Sequence record: MN342150
Length of the DNA: 64,000 nucleotides
Source of the DNA: Escherichia phage vB_EcoM_3HA11
Direction: 5' to 3' (one strand)
The notes under the pieces are model-generated. The model saw only the letters and a list, made by a program, of their open reading frames with translations, made no database searches and was not told where the DNA came from. Numbering within the stretch: position 1 is the first letter of the stretch; each line of letters opens with the position of its first letter. Of this stretch, positions 1 to 10,500 are shown one piece after another. Both the position numbers and the translations under genes were made by a program.

Positions 1-21
1 TCCCGCTTCGACGGGGTTCTT
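1..21 (+). terminator. Truncated rho-independent terminator hairpin at window edge (cccg..cggg followed by ttctt)
   Basis: Same sequence as the complete terminator at 2211..2235; window begins inside the stem. Confidence 0.35.
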
Positions 22-56
22 ATTATACCTTTGTTCATAAATTTTATTAGTTCAGG

Positions 57-64
57 CTAAATAC
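57..64 (+). promoter_or_regulatory. Late-promoter-like box CTAAATAC
   Basis: CTAAATA(C/T) motif recurs 20-40 nt upstream of the start codons of structural genes in this window; resembles the T4 late promoter TATAAATA. Confidence 0.45.
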
Positions 65-92
65 CCCATATTGGTCATCCTTTATGGGGTAT
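61..92 (+). promoter_or_regulatory. 5' leader stem-loop (ATACCCCAT / ATGGGGTAT, 9-bp perfect stem) overlapping the G-run just upstream of the ATG
   Basis: Perfect inverted repeat 61..69 / 84..92 with 14-nt loop, directly downstream of the CTAAATA box and 5 nt before the start codon at 97. Confidence 0.45.
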
Positions 93-96
93 TATC

Positions 97-2193
97 ATGA
101 TTTCTCAATTCAATCAACCACGCGGCTCCACTTCCATAGAAGTTAACAAACAATCTATCGCTCGAAATTTCGGTGTCAAAGAAGACGAAGTCGTTTATTT
201 CACTGTCGGTATTGATCTCAGTGGATTTAAAGTAATTTATGATGAGTCTACCCAACGGGCTTATTCTCTCCCTTCCGGTATTGTTTCAGGGACAACTGCA
301 ATTAGTCTGGATGAAAGAGCTATCCTCACTCATTCCGCTGGCTCTGTTGACCTTGGGGAATTAGCAGTAAGCCGCGAAGAATATGTGACTTTACCTGGTT
401 CTTTTAATTTCGGCCATACCATTAATGTGAAAAATGAACTTCTTGTTCACGATGATGAAAAATATCGATGGGATGGTTCTTTGCCAAAGATAGTTGCCGC
501 TGGTTCTACACCTGAAACATCTGGTGGCGTTGGTATTGGTACATGGCTGAGTGTTGGTGACGCAGCATTTAGACAGGAAGCCAACAAAAAATTCAAATAT
601 TCAGTAAAGTTATCTGATTATTCTACATTACAGGATGCAGCGACAGCAGCCGTAGATGGATTGCTTATTGATGTTGACTACACTTTTACTGCAGATGAGA
701 GTGTAGATTTTAGCGGTAAAGTTTTAATCATTGAATGCAAGGGAAAATTCATTGGCGATGGTATGTTGGTTTGGAATGGTTTGGGTGCGGGTTCAGTAAT
801 TAAGAAACCGCACATGCATACTAAAACTACGCCGTATACTGTTTACCGATTCGATGCAAACGGTAATTGGGTTACAGACCCAACACAAGTTCTGGCATCT
901 GTTCAGCAGCGTTTGGATGTTGGATATAAGCCAAATATTAACGATTTAGATATTTGGGACGACCTTCCTGATAATGTAAAAAATCAGGTTGCTGGTGCTA
1001 CTTTGCGAATAATGAGCGGCGATAATATCATCGTAGAGAACCCAGAAGCTACATTTGGTGGTTATCTATTTACTTTATGTAATAGGATTCTTGTTAAGAA
1101 TCCACGCAATTTTATTGCTTTGGAATCGGGCATTACATTTGAGAACCATCATACAACTGCATGGGGTACTGGCAACTGGGTTGTTGGGGGTGAGATTAAA
1201 TATGGCTCTGGTTCCGCTGTACTGTTCATTCGCAATGATGGTGGTACAGACCATGATGGTGGAGTAAGGGATTTAATATCCTATCGCGTTGGAGAATCTG
1301 GTGTTAAAACCTATCAAAATGAAATAGGTGGTCGTTCAGCCAGGAACTACCGTTTAGTGTTCGACAATATAACTACAATCCAGTGTTACTATGATGGTAT
1401 TGATGTTAATGCTGACACAGGGTCGCCAACTGAACGTGTGGATGACTACTCACTCGCAGAGTATCCATGGTTCCACCTACCTACTCAACATATCATCCGT
1501 AATATTATTACTCGTGATTGTATGGGGATTGGTGCTTGGTGGGATGGTCAGAAAAATATTATTGATAATGTTGTTACTTATGAGGCCCATAAGGAAGGCG
1601 TCTTCGATAGGGGTACTAACAATGATATTACTAACATTACTGTAGTAGGTGCGAATAAGGATTTAACTAACCTAAATCAGATTACCTGTGAGGGAGGTAG
1701 TAGACTTCGTGGTATTAACATCCATGCATATACTACACAAGGTTACGCTATATACGCTCCGTCTTCAGAAGTAAGTAATGTTTCCTGTGCTGGTTCCGGT
1801 ACTAAGAAATTACTATGTACCTATATAAGCGATATTCAGGGAGGTAATATCAATGTTCAGCATAGTGCCAACCAAATGACACTTGCAATGCAACCTGCTA
1901 TGGGTGGTACTACAAACCCATCTTTGCTTATGACGGCAGATTGCCAGGTTGCTACACCAGGGGGTGAGGCAAGTATTGTCAAGCTTTCGGCAATTCAGGA
2001 GGGTGTACGTGTAGGTGAGTTTCAGCTTAACCGCTTAGGCTTTAAGCATATGAGTATACCTGCTGCCCCTTTACAATTACCAGAGAGCGCTCTGGAACAT
2101 AATTCATCTATAGGATTCTTCTTCGGAAGTGACGGAGCATTGAGGTTGCTTGCTAAAAAACCAGATGGAAGTTATGTAACATACACACTTTAA
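97..2193 (+). CDS. Tailspike / receptor-binding protein 1 (shared N-terminal anchor domain, distinct C-terminal domain)
   Basis: 698-aa ORF; first ~130 aa nearly collinear with the N-terminus of the ORF at 5129 (GSTS..SIAR.FG..EVVY..LSG.KVIYD..TQRAYSLP..GSVDLGELA..YRW.GSLPK) while the C-terminal parts differ: modular tailspike architecture. Confidence 0.6.
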   Translation: MISQFNQPRGSTSIEVNKQSIARNFGVKEDEVVYFTVGIDLSGFKVIYDESTQRAYSLPSGIVSGTTAISLDERAILTHSAGSVDLGELAVSREEYVTLPGSFNFGHTINVKNELLVHDDEKYRWDGSLPKIVAAGSTPETSGGVGIGTWLSVGDAAFRQEANKKFKYSVKLSDYSTLQDAATAAVDGLLIDVDYTFTADESVDFSGKVLIIECKGKFIGDGMLVWNGLGAGSVIKKPHMHTKTTPYTVYRFDANGNWVTDPTQVLASVQQRLDVGYKPNINDLDIWDDLPDNVKNQVAGATLRIMSGDNIIVENPEATFGGYLFTLCNRILVKNPRNFIALESGITFENHHTTAWGTGNWVVGGEIKYGSGSAVLFIRNDGGTDHDGGVRDLISYRVGESGVKTYQNEIGGRSARNYRLVFDNITTIQCYYDGIDVNADTGSPTERVDDYSLAEYPWFHLPTQHIIRNIITRDCMGIGAWWDGQKNIIDNVVTYEAHKEGVFDRGTNNDITNITVVGANKDLTNLNQITCEGGSRLRGINIHAYTTQGYAIYAPSSEVSNVSCAGSGTKKLLCTYISDIQGGNINVQHSANQMTLAMQPAMGGTTNPSLLMTADCQVATPGGEASIVKLSAIQEGVRVGEFQLNRLGFKHMSIPAAPLQLPESALEHNSSIGFFFGSDGALRLLAKKPDGSYVTYTL

Positions 2194-2210
2194 TTTATCT
2201 TGAGCAAAAA

Positions 2211-2235
2211 CCCCGCTTTGGCGGGGTTCTTATTA
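2211..2235 (+). terminator. Rho-independent terminator (ccccgc-tttg-gcgggg + T-rich tail)
   Basis: 6-bp GC stem, 4-nt loop, followed by ttcttatta; 18 nt after stop of ORF 97..2193. Confidence 0.6.
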
Positions 2236-2266
2236 TACCTTTGTTCATAAATTTTATTAGTTCAGA

Positions 2267-2274
2267 CTAAATAC
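2267..2274 (+). promoter_or_regulatory. Late-promoter-like box CTAAATAC
   Basis: Part of a ~95-bp intergenic cassette nearly identical to 1..96. Confidence 0.45.
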
Positions 2275-2302
2275 CCCATATTGGCAAATCCTTATGGGGT
2301 AT
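2271..2302 (+). promoter_or_regulatory. 5' leader stem-loop (ATACCCCAT / ATGGGGTAT), second copy
   Basis: Same inverted repeat as 61..92, upstream of the ATG at 2309. Confidence 0.4.
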
Positions 2303-2308
2303 TTTCAA

Positions 2309-5074
2309 ATGACCAGAAATGTAGAAGAATTATTCGGCGGCGTAATCACAGCTCCCCACCAGATTCCTTTCACGTATAAATCAAATGTCGGTGGAGAAAC
2401 TTTCCTTTCCTTGCCGTTCTATCCTGTCACTGGCGTAGTCACAATTAACGGCGGCATGCAAGTTCCGTTAGACAACTTCGAGATAGACGGGAATACGTTG
2501 AATCTCGGGCGCGCATTGTCCAAAGGCGATGTTGTGTATTGCTTATTCGATAAAATTCTTTCACCAGAAGACACTGCCAAAGGCATCCGCATATACAAAT
2601 TTCAAGCCGTGGGTGGAGAAACTGAATTCACGCCTGACTTTACTTCTTATGGTGTACAGTCTCTTTATATCGGTGGCGAGTACAAAACTCCTGATATAGA
2701 ATATTCGTACAACAGTACGACTGGGAAAGTGTCTTTGCAAACTGCATTGACTGCAGGCGTTTGGGTAGTCGCTGAAATCTCTGTTAAACAACCGAATATC
2801 AGTCCGGCGTTTGACCGCAGTATTCAAGAAATTGCCCGTTCTGCTAATGTGAAAGACTCTGAAGTCATCGTTAGTACGGACACCATATCTTTGTTGGATG
2901 GGAAGAAAGTTGTTTATGACATAGCGGCACAAACCAGTTATGGTTTACCAACCATTCCTGATGGTTCTGTCATTTCTACGATCTCAGACGGGAAATTGAA
3001 TTACAACCCAGGTGATGTGCAGGTTGATTTGTTGCCTTTAGAAGATTCATTTATTAATGTGATAAACACTCTGGGGCGCAATGATGGTGCCAAGTATATC
3101 GGAGAATGCCATTCTGTTGCTGATCTCAGGAATACTGAACCCACTATGGATGGACAACGCATTATTCTTAAGCAACACACTGCGGGTACTCTTCTTGGTG
3201 GAGGGGTATTCCGTGCGTTAATTGATGGTACAGGAAAGACTGATGATAACGGTACTGTGATCAAAACTGTTGGCGGCGCAGCCTGGTTACGTGTTAATGC
3301 TGATAGAGTTAACCCATTCATGTTTGGTGCTTTGGGTGGTTCTAATGATGATACTATTCCAGTACAATCTTGTGTGGACAGTGGTAAGGCCACACAATTA
3401 ACTGGTATACATTACGTTAGCAATATCCAGTTAAAATATAATACGTCGTCTATTTATGGGTCTGGATTACATTACTCCAGGTTGCATCAGTTGCCTTCTG
3501 CTACTGGGAATTGTATTACCATAAAAGATACATGCTCCCTTATTGTATTAGACTCCTTTGGGGTATATGGCACAGGTGCACAACAAGGCACATCATTTAC
3601 TGCGGGTACAACAGGTATCTATATAGAAACTCCTTCAGGTCTCTCAGCCGATTATCCGTTCCACACTACCGCAGACCCAAGACGCGACTTGTGTATTTCT
3701 AAGGTCCATATAGCAGGTTTTGATGAATATGGGTTAAATATTGATAGTGGTAACTTTAGTGTTACTACAGATTCTCTTTTAGTCAACCACATCAATCAGG
3801 TGGGCGTCCGTTGTGCTACTACTGATTGGACTTGGACAAATATCCAGGTTAATACCTGCGGTAAACAATGTCTGGTTCTTGATGGTTGTGGTAATGGTCG
3901 TATTATTGGTGGTAAATTCATTTGGGCTAACTGGCAACCTTATGGTACAGTAGGACAGTTCCCAGGCATTACTATTAATAATAGCCAGAATATGGTTATT
4001 AATGGTATTGAGGTACAAGATTGTGGCGGGAATGGCATTGAGATTAGCGATTCATATTCAATTTCCATGAACGGATTGAACACCAATCGTAACGGCATCA
4101 ACGCTAACAACACTTTCTACAACATCGTATTTAACAAAAGTGATGCAGTTATCAACGGATTCGTAGGACTCAATTATGCCGCGAATAGTGGTTCAGGTGC
4201 TAACTCTAGTGCGGGCAATTTTCAGTTCCTGTCTAATGATTGCAGCGTCACCATTAATGGTGTGGTTGAGACTGGTTATATGGGCATTAACTTTATTGGT
4301 GATAACAATATTATCAACCCCACAAATTCCGACCTGAGCATTAACGGATTGGTTAATTATTCCAAGACTGGTTTGCAAACCATGAACGAGACCCCTACAT
4401 TTGATGGTGTTAGCACTACACCTGTTTATGTAAGTGTCCCATCTTCTGTAGGGCAAGTAAATGGTCTGAGACTATCACAAGCCAACAAAGATAAATTACT
4501 GTACTCAAGAACAGCAGGTCCAGAAGGTATTACCATGGCTGCTGTTGTAGTACCTACCATATCTGGAGCTGAAGTATTTAACTTCATGGCCATTGGTTCA
4601 GGGTTTAGTGATACATCCAACAGTCTTCATCTTCAATTAGTTATAGACGCTTCCGGAAAACAAACAATTGCTTTGCTATTGGGGGGCGATGGTACAACCC
4701 AAATTTTATCTGGGGATTTACCTAACGACCTTAAACTACAAAGTGGTGTGCCATATCATATAGCTATTGGTGCTAAACCTGGATATTTCTGGTGGAGTAT
4801 TCTTAATATTCAGACGGGTAAGAGAATCAGACGGTCATTCCGAGGCGCTTATTTAGCTGTACCATTTAATTCTATATTCGGATTAACTTCTTCATTAACA
4901 TTCTTCTCGGATAGCAATGCTGGTGGGGATGCCTGTTCTGGTGTAGGTGCTAAAGTGTATGTTGGTATGTTCTCTTCTGAGAATGATTATGTAGCTTCAC
5001 GGTACTACAACCTGATTAATCCTGTAGACCCTAATAAGTTAATTAGTTACCGTATATTGGATTCTTCTATTTAA
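2309..5074 (+). CDS. Tailspike / tail fibre protein 2 with parallel beta-helix-like repeats
   Basis: 921 aa counted from the ATG at 2309 (ORF track opens at 2294; start chosen by analogy with the first cassette copy where the ATG inside the hairpin is not the start); Gly/Asn-rich repetitive segments (..VINGIEVQDCGGNGIEISD..NGLNTNRNGINANN..) typical of pectate-lyase-like beta-helices. Confidence 0.55.
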   Translation: MTRNVEELFGGVITAPHQIPFTYKSNVGGETFLSLPFYPVTGVVTINGGMQVPLDNFEIDGNTLNLGRALSKGDVVYCLFDKILSPEDTAKGIRIYKFQAVGGETEFTPDFTSYGVQSLYIGGEYKTPDIEYSYNSTTGKVSLQTALTAGVWVVAEISVKQPNISPAFDRSIQEIARSANVKDSEVIVSTDTISLLDGKKVVYDIAAQTSYGLPTIPDGSVISTISDGKLNYNPGDVQVDLLPLEDSFINVINTLGRNDGAKYIGECHSVADLRNTEPTMDGQRIILKQHTAGTLLGGGVFRALIDGTGKTDDNGTVIKTVGGAAWLRVNADRVNPFMFGALGGSNDDTIPVQSCVDSGKATQLTGIHYVSNIQLKYNTSSIYGSGLHYSRLHQLPSATGNCITIKDTCSLIVLDSFGVYGTGAQQGTSFTAGTTGIYIETPSGLSADYPFHTTADPRRDLCISKVHIAGFDEYGLNIDSGNFSVTTDSLLVNHINQVGVRCATTDWTWTNIQVNTCGKQCLVLDGCGNGRIIGGKFIWANWQPYGTVGQFPGITINNSQNMVINGIEVQDCGGNGIEISDSYSISMNGLNTNRNGINANNTFYNIVFNKSDAVINGFVGLNYAANSGSGANSSAGNFQFLSNDCSVTINGVVETGYMGINFIGDNNIINPTNSDLSINGLVNYSKTGLQTMNETPTFDGVSTTPVYVSVPSSVGQVNGLRLSQANKDKLLYSRTAGPEGITMAAVVVPTISGAEVFNFMAIGSGFSDTSNSLHLQLVIDASGKQTIALLLGGDGTTQILSGDLPNDLKLQSGVPYHIAIGAKPGYFWWSILNIQTGKRIRRSFRGAYLAVPFNSIFGLTSSLTFFSDSNAGGDACSGVGAKVYVGMFSSENDYVASRYYNLINPVDPNKLISYRILDSSI

Positions 5075-5082
5075 AAATATAC

Positions 5083-5100
5083 CCCTCTTCGGAGGGTATT
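5083..5100 (+). terminator. Terminator-like hairpin (ccctc-ttcg-gaggg) after tailspike 2
   Basis: 5-bp stem with ttcg tetraloop followed by tatttac; weak T-tract. Confidence 0.3.
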
Positions 5101-5128
5101 TACTAGAGAAAAACAGGAGATTCTTATT

Positions 5129-7363
5129 ATGAATCCGCAATTTGCTCAACCAAAAGGTTCTACTTCAAAAGAATCGAACAAAGACAGTATTGCTCGTAAA
5201 TTTGGGTGTAAAAAGTCGGAAGTCGTTTATGCGAAATCAGGACAGTCCTTGTCTGGATATAAGGTTATTTATGACAAGGAAACACAGAGAGCGTATTCCT
5301 TGCCTGTAGATATTCCAGCAGGAACCACGGCTATTAGCCTTAGCGCCAGTGCTCTGCTTGTACACTCTGGGGGTTCTGTAGACCTGGGCGAACTAGCTTC
5401 CCAACGCAATGAATATAATGTATTACCTGGTTCTTTTACTACTGGTGCAATAGTATCCACAAAGAATGATGTACTTACCCACAATGGTATCCAGTATCGT
5501 TGGAATGGTTCATTACCTAAAGTTGTACCTCAGAACTCTTTACCATCCAGTGATGATAATTGGATTGGCTTGGGTGCTTCTTATCTGAAGGAACAGCTTA
5601 ACAGTACCAGTGGTGCATCCATGGTAGTACTGGCTAATGGCAAAACCATTGAAGAAGAATTTGCCGAAGAAGCTGCATGGCAGAACCAAGAGAATATGGT
5701 GAGAACCGTTATTCCTAATGTTTATCACCATATCCGTGGCGTTCAGCGTCACTCTGGTAAAAACTTAGCATGGTCTGCTCCAGACGTTGCTATTGATAAA
5801 CTTAACCCTACGGATACCGTCTTCTACCGTATGCCCCAGATTGTTAAAACTGGTGATGGTACTCTGATGATTTTCTGTAATGAGTTGCATGGTAACAATA
5901 CAGATATTGGTGCTACTCCAGATCAGCAATGTAATATCGTTATGAAATACTCCATTGATAATGGGTGGTCTTGGTCGGCTAAGGTAGTGGTAGCTAACTT
6001 TGGGGCTACGTATCAGAACGGTGAGATTGCTGCTGTGTATAACCCAGTAGATGGTCGGGTATACTGTTACTTTACTTCCTGCAAAGGCCAGTTGGGTTGG
6101 GGATACTCACAGCCAGGCAATGACCCTAATACATCATCCCAGATATATGTTACCTACTGTGATGCGGAAGCTCCTACTATATGGCGTACACCAGCTAACA
6201 TTACTGCTACCCTTAAGCCAGCAACGGCAGATTTTATCTGGACTTCACCAACTAAACCAGTTGTTTTACCGGATGGTAAGATGGCAATGATTGTGTCTAC
6301 CGTCACTGGTTCACGGGTTGATTCTTTCCTTACCATCATGAAGTATGACATTAAGTACAGCATGGACTACGTACTTAGTTCCGAAGAATCTGGTGGGGAA
6401 GTCGGACTGAACCTTTTGCCGGATGGTCGTATGGTGATGAACTCTCGTGCTTACCACACCACAGACCTTAAAGGGCTTCAGAAATTCTATATCAGTGATC
6501 ATCAGTTTAAGAACTGGCAGCACTTATCTGATTTAGTTACATCGGATAGTAAGGGTGACCTGGTTCCTATTTTTGATGGGGTTAATGGTGTTCTTACTTG
6601 GGCGTTTACTTGTGCTAATGGTGTAGGTGATAATTCTATTGGTCGTACTAACTACCGAGTATGGATTAGTCGTGACCTAGTTACTTGGGGGTTAGCTCCT
6701 ACTGGGGATATCAACACAAGTGATTCTGTTGGGTACATCGCATCAATGCCTGGTGGTGATGATGGTTATGTAATCTCTACATCTGAATCAGGTGGTTTTG
6801 GTGGTATTTGGTTTACTCAATGGAATGCTAAGTATATCCAGAACAGAAACTACAACCGCTATCACAAAGAGTTGCGAGAATTAGAGTCAGTAGATGAAAC
6901 AGCAATGCTCGCATCCGGCGCTATTCCTAACTACTCTTTTTACGTAAACAAAGACTCCAACCTAATTAACTTCAACCGCAACGGTACTCCAGTTAAGATT
7001 CAGCAATTGGGGGTTAGTCAGAATGCTGTTGATAAGTACACTACAACTCAGACCCTAGCATCTATTCCTGTAGATGGTGTTGATATTGTATTAGTCACTG
7101 GTTCCGGTATTACTCTTACCCTTAGTGGGTTTAGCGGTGGATATATGGGCCAGCGTGTGACAGTTATCTCTGATTCATCTGGTGGTGGGGTAGTGCTTAA
7201 ACGTGCTGATACAACATTGCCTACTGTAACGGACAGATTCCACTTTAATGTGGCAGGAGCCTTTACTGCTTTGAGGGTAGACTATGCAACTAAGATGATG
7301 GTTACTTTAGTTAAGACTCCATCTGGTTGGTTCACGGAAAGTATTGCTAACGTAACAATCTAA
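5129..7363 (+). CDS. Tailspike protein 3 with sialidase-like (Asp-box) domain
   Basis: 744 aa; N-terminus homologous to ORF 97..2193; Asp-box-like motifs SIDNGWSW and SRDLVTW as in BNR/sialidase beta-propellers. Confidence 0.55.
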   Translation: MNPQFAQPKGSTSKESNKDSIARKFGCKKSEVVYAKSGQSLSGYKVIYDKETQRAYSLPVDIPAGTTAISLSASALLVHSGGSVDLGELASQRNEYNVLPGSFTTGAIVSTKNDVLTHNGIQYRWNGSLPKVVPQNSLPSSDDNWIGLGASYLKEQLNSTSGASMVVLANGKTIEEEFAEEAAWQNQENMVRTVIPNVYHHIRGVQRHSGKNLAWSAPDVAIDKLNPTDTVFYRMPQIVKTGDGTLMIFCNELHGNNTDIGATPDQQCNIVMKYSIDNGWSWSAKVVVANFGATYQNGEIAAVYNPVDGRVYCYFTSCKGQLGWGYSQPGNDPNTSSQIYVTYCDAEAPTIWRTPANITATLKPATADFIWTSPTKPVVLPDGKMAMIVSTVTGSRVDSFLTIMKYDIKYSMDYVLSSEESGGEVGLNLLPDGRMVMNSRAYHTTDLKGLQKFYISDHQFKNWQHLSDLVTSDSKGDLVPIFDGVNGVLTWAFTCANGVGDNSIGRTNYRVWISRDLVTWGLAPTGDINTSDSVGYIASMPGGDDGYVISTSESGGFGGIWFTQWNAKYIQNRNYNRYHKELRELESVDETAMLASGAIPNYSFYVNKDSNLINFNRNGTPVKIQQLGVSQNAVDKYTTTQTLASIPVDGVDIVLVTGSGITLTLSGFSGGYMGQRVTVISDSSGGGVVLKRADTTLPTVTDRFHFNVAGAFTALRVDYATKMMVTLVKTPSGWFTESIANVTI

Positions 7364-7370
7364 AATACAA

Positions 7371-7396
7371 GCCCCCAATAAGGGGGCTTTCTTTTG
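7371..7396 (+). terminator. Rho-independent terminator (gccccc-aataa-gggggc + tttcttttg)
   Basis: Perfect 6-bp GC stem followed by T-tract, 8 nt after stop of tailspike 3. Confidence 0.7.
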
Positions 7397-7487
7397 CTAT
7401 GTCTCGTTAACCTGACAGGAACTGGAAGTTCAAAACTATCAGGTGGAGGAACTGGGTTTTTATTTCTATCTGTTTGTTGGCTGTATA

Positions 7488-7495
7488 CTAAATAT
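7488..7495 (+). promoter_or_regulatory. Late-promoter-like box CTAAATAT
   Basis: 33 nt upstream of the ATG at 7528. Confidence 0.4.
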
Positions 7496-7527
7496 CTCTA
7501 TAAAATGGCACTAGATGGAGCATCAAA

Positions 7528-10500
7528 ATGCAATCTACAAATTTAAACCGTCGCCCGTATTGGGATGACTGGAATCCTGGGAAACGTTTTTCACGGATTC
7601 TTTTTCGTCCGATGCCTATCAAGGTTCAGACTCGCGAACTGAACCAGATGCAGACTATTCTTCAGGATCAAATTGAAAAACTGGGCAACCATCTGTTCAA
7701 AGATGGTTCTATGGTTATCCCTGGCGGTCTGACGATCACCAATGCCGCAGTCTCTTTGAAATTCACTTTGGCGGGTGGTACTGAATTCACCGATCTGGAA
7801 GGTATTTCTGAACTCTACGTTTTGGGGAAAGACAATAACGCCAAAGCGCGTGTGTTGTCTCTTGAACGTGATCTGTCTGCTCCTGATACGATGTTGGCCA
7901 TCCTTGAGATGACTGAAGCGGGTAATGCTGACGGATTCCATGTTAACGATAATCTGTATTTCCAGACTTACGACGTGAATGATAATTTCATTCGTATTGG
8001 TTATGGGATCGCGGCTGCTGTAACTGGTTCTATCGTTGCTCGTATGACGAAAGGCGTTTACTTCATTCGTGGAATGTTTCTAGACGTTGATGACGCGACT
8101 CTCATCGTCGATAAAACTTCAAACACTTCTTCCCACCGTGTCGGATTTAAAGTCACTGAAACCATCGTGACTGAATCTGAAGACGAATCCCTTTATTCAA
8201 ATGCTCAGGGAACGATTAACTCCAAAGCCCCAGGCGCTCATCGTCTTCGAATAGATCTGGTTTTGTCTCGATTTGATTATGATGCTGTGGTTGAAGACTT
8301 TGTTGAACTGGCCAAAGTTCGTGATGGTAAAATCCAGTCTATGGTGACTCAGTCCACCTATAATATTCTGGAAGACACGTTGGCTCAACGGACGTATGAA
8401 ACCAACGGCGATTACAACGTTTCAACGCATCAGATCGACATCCGCGAACACCTGAAAGTCAATAACAATGGTGGTGTATTCAATGCTGCTGATGGCGGCG
8501 ACGAAAGTAAATTCGTGTCTGTAATGAAACCAGGTATTTCCTATGTTCGCGGTCGTCGTATCGAAAACGTCGGGGAAGAGTTGGTGATCGTTGACAAGGC
8601 ACGGGATACCGATGTCCTGAATAACACGCCTGTTGCAGTCGCTACAGGGAATTATCTGGTCACCAAGAACTCCAAAGGTGTTCCAGTAATATCTCGCACT
8701 GTGCGATACAAGTTATTGAACGCGTCCGGCGCTGCTCAAGCCACGGCGTTGTGTATATCCGCTGAACGCAATTCAACTGAATTCCGTCTGTACATGCGTG
8801 ATTTGGTTGTGACTGGGGACGCGTCCACTATCACCAAAGTATCTTATGAAGAAAGTGGTATCACCATGTTCTCTGCTGAACTGGAATCCAACCAGTTTAA
8901 CCAGAGTTCTATGGTAGACCTGATCTTCTCTCTTCCGGTCTTCGGTGTTAAAACATTAGCGCCAACAGGTTCCGTGGATATCAACTACACCGTTCTCCGA
9001 ACTTACAAAGTCACTCTGGACAATAGCGGTTCTGGTTCTATTTCAGCCCCACTGGGATATAGTTTCTCTCCTGAATTTTCGTTGTATTCTTCTGCGAAAT
9101 CCGATGGTTCAGAAGCGCAATTTGATATCTCTGGCTCTTTGTCACTGACTGGTTCTCCGGTGGGATCGGCTTTGCAGATTTCCCTGGGTAGCGGTAATGC
9201 TAACCAGTCAATCAATTTGCTGGCACTGATGATCCGCACTACGGCCACGATCAAAACGAAGACGATAACTGAAACCACAGAGTCTGTGACTTTTACTTCC
9301 CAAACCAGTAGACCTCTGGCAAATCACGATGGCTGGAAATTGGTATCTGTCAAAAATGATACCGGCGCGGACGTGACTTCGAGCTTCACCCTCGACGGTG
9401 GTCAACGCGATGCGGGATATTACAAGGCTAATCTGTTATCCACCGCTGGAGCCATTTCAGGGACGTATACGGTGGTGTATCAATACTTCGCGCATAGTTC
9501 GGGAGATTTCTTCTCAGCGGATTCGTATACTTCGATGGATTATAAAGATATCCCGAATTATACATCTTCTACATCAGGCGCGGTGTACGGCCTGGCAGAT
9601 AGTTTAGATTTCCGTCCGAAAATCACCAACGGAACTTCTGACACAGATATGGTTCGTCCAAACACTGCAGTTATTCTGGACACAGAATATTATCTGCCGC
9701 GTATCGACGCGATTTATCTGGCAGACAACGGTGTGTTTGGTGTGGCTCGAGGCATCAGTTCTAATAATCTGGCTTCTCCAGCAATCCCAGCGAACGCCAT
9801 GCGTTTGTATGAATTGTTGATCCCGCCGTATACACCGAATATTGATGATATCCAAATTCGAACTATTGATAATCGTCGTTATACAATGCGCGATATCGGT
9901 AAACTGGAAACCCGTATTTCCAATGTTGAATACTATACCTCTCTGTCACAGCTGGAATCTTCAGCGATGACACAGCAAGTGTTTGACCCCATCACGGGTA
10001 ATCCTCGTTTCAAAAATGGTATTGCAGCTGATCCGTTCAAAGACTTCCGGTTGATTGATGACTTGTCTGAAGATTGGATGGGTTCTATCGATACCGAAAA
10101 CGGACGTCTACGCCCGTTTGTACAACAGAACGTTGTTGACATGACTCCGGTTGGCTGGAACAAAGTGATGGATGGGATGGTGGTTTGTAATTACACACCT
10201 GAAATCTCAGTGAACCAAGAATATGCGACGACGACGATCAACGTTAACCCGTATGCAGTATTCAATTGGGAAGGTTTCTTGAAGATTAACCCGACCACAG
10301 ACTACTGGTTCGAAAACTATTATGTTGCCCCGCGTATTATTAATGAAACGATCAACACCCGTGGTACTGTACAAGAAGGTTCAGTGTACGGAACATGGCG
10401 GACTGTTTCTGTTTCTGATCGTGTTTGGGAGCCGCATGGTGCTGGTGGTGTGTGGTGGGGATATCGTTACCGCACGACTGTTTCTGCCCGTGATGTCACC

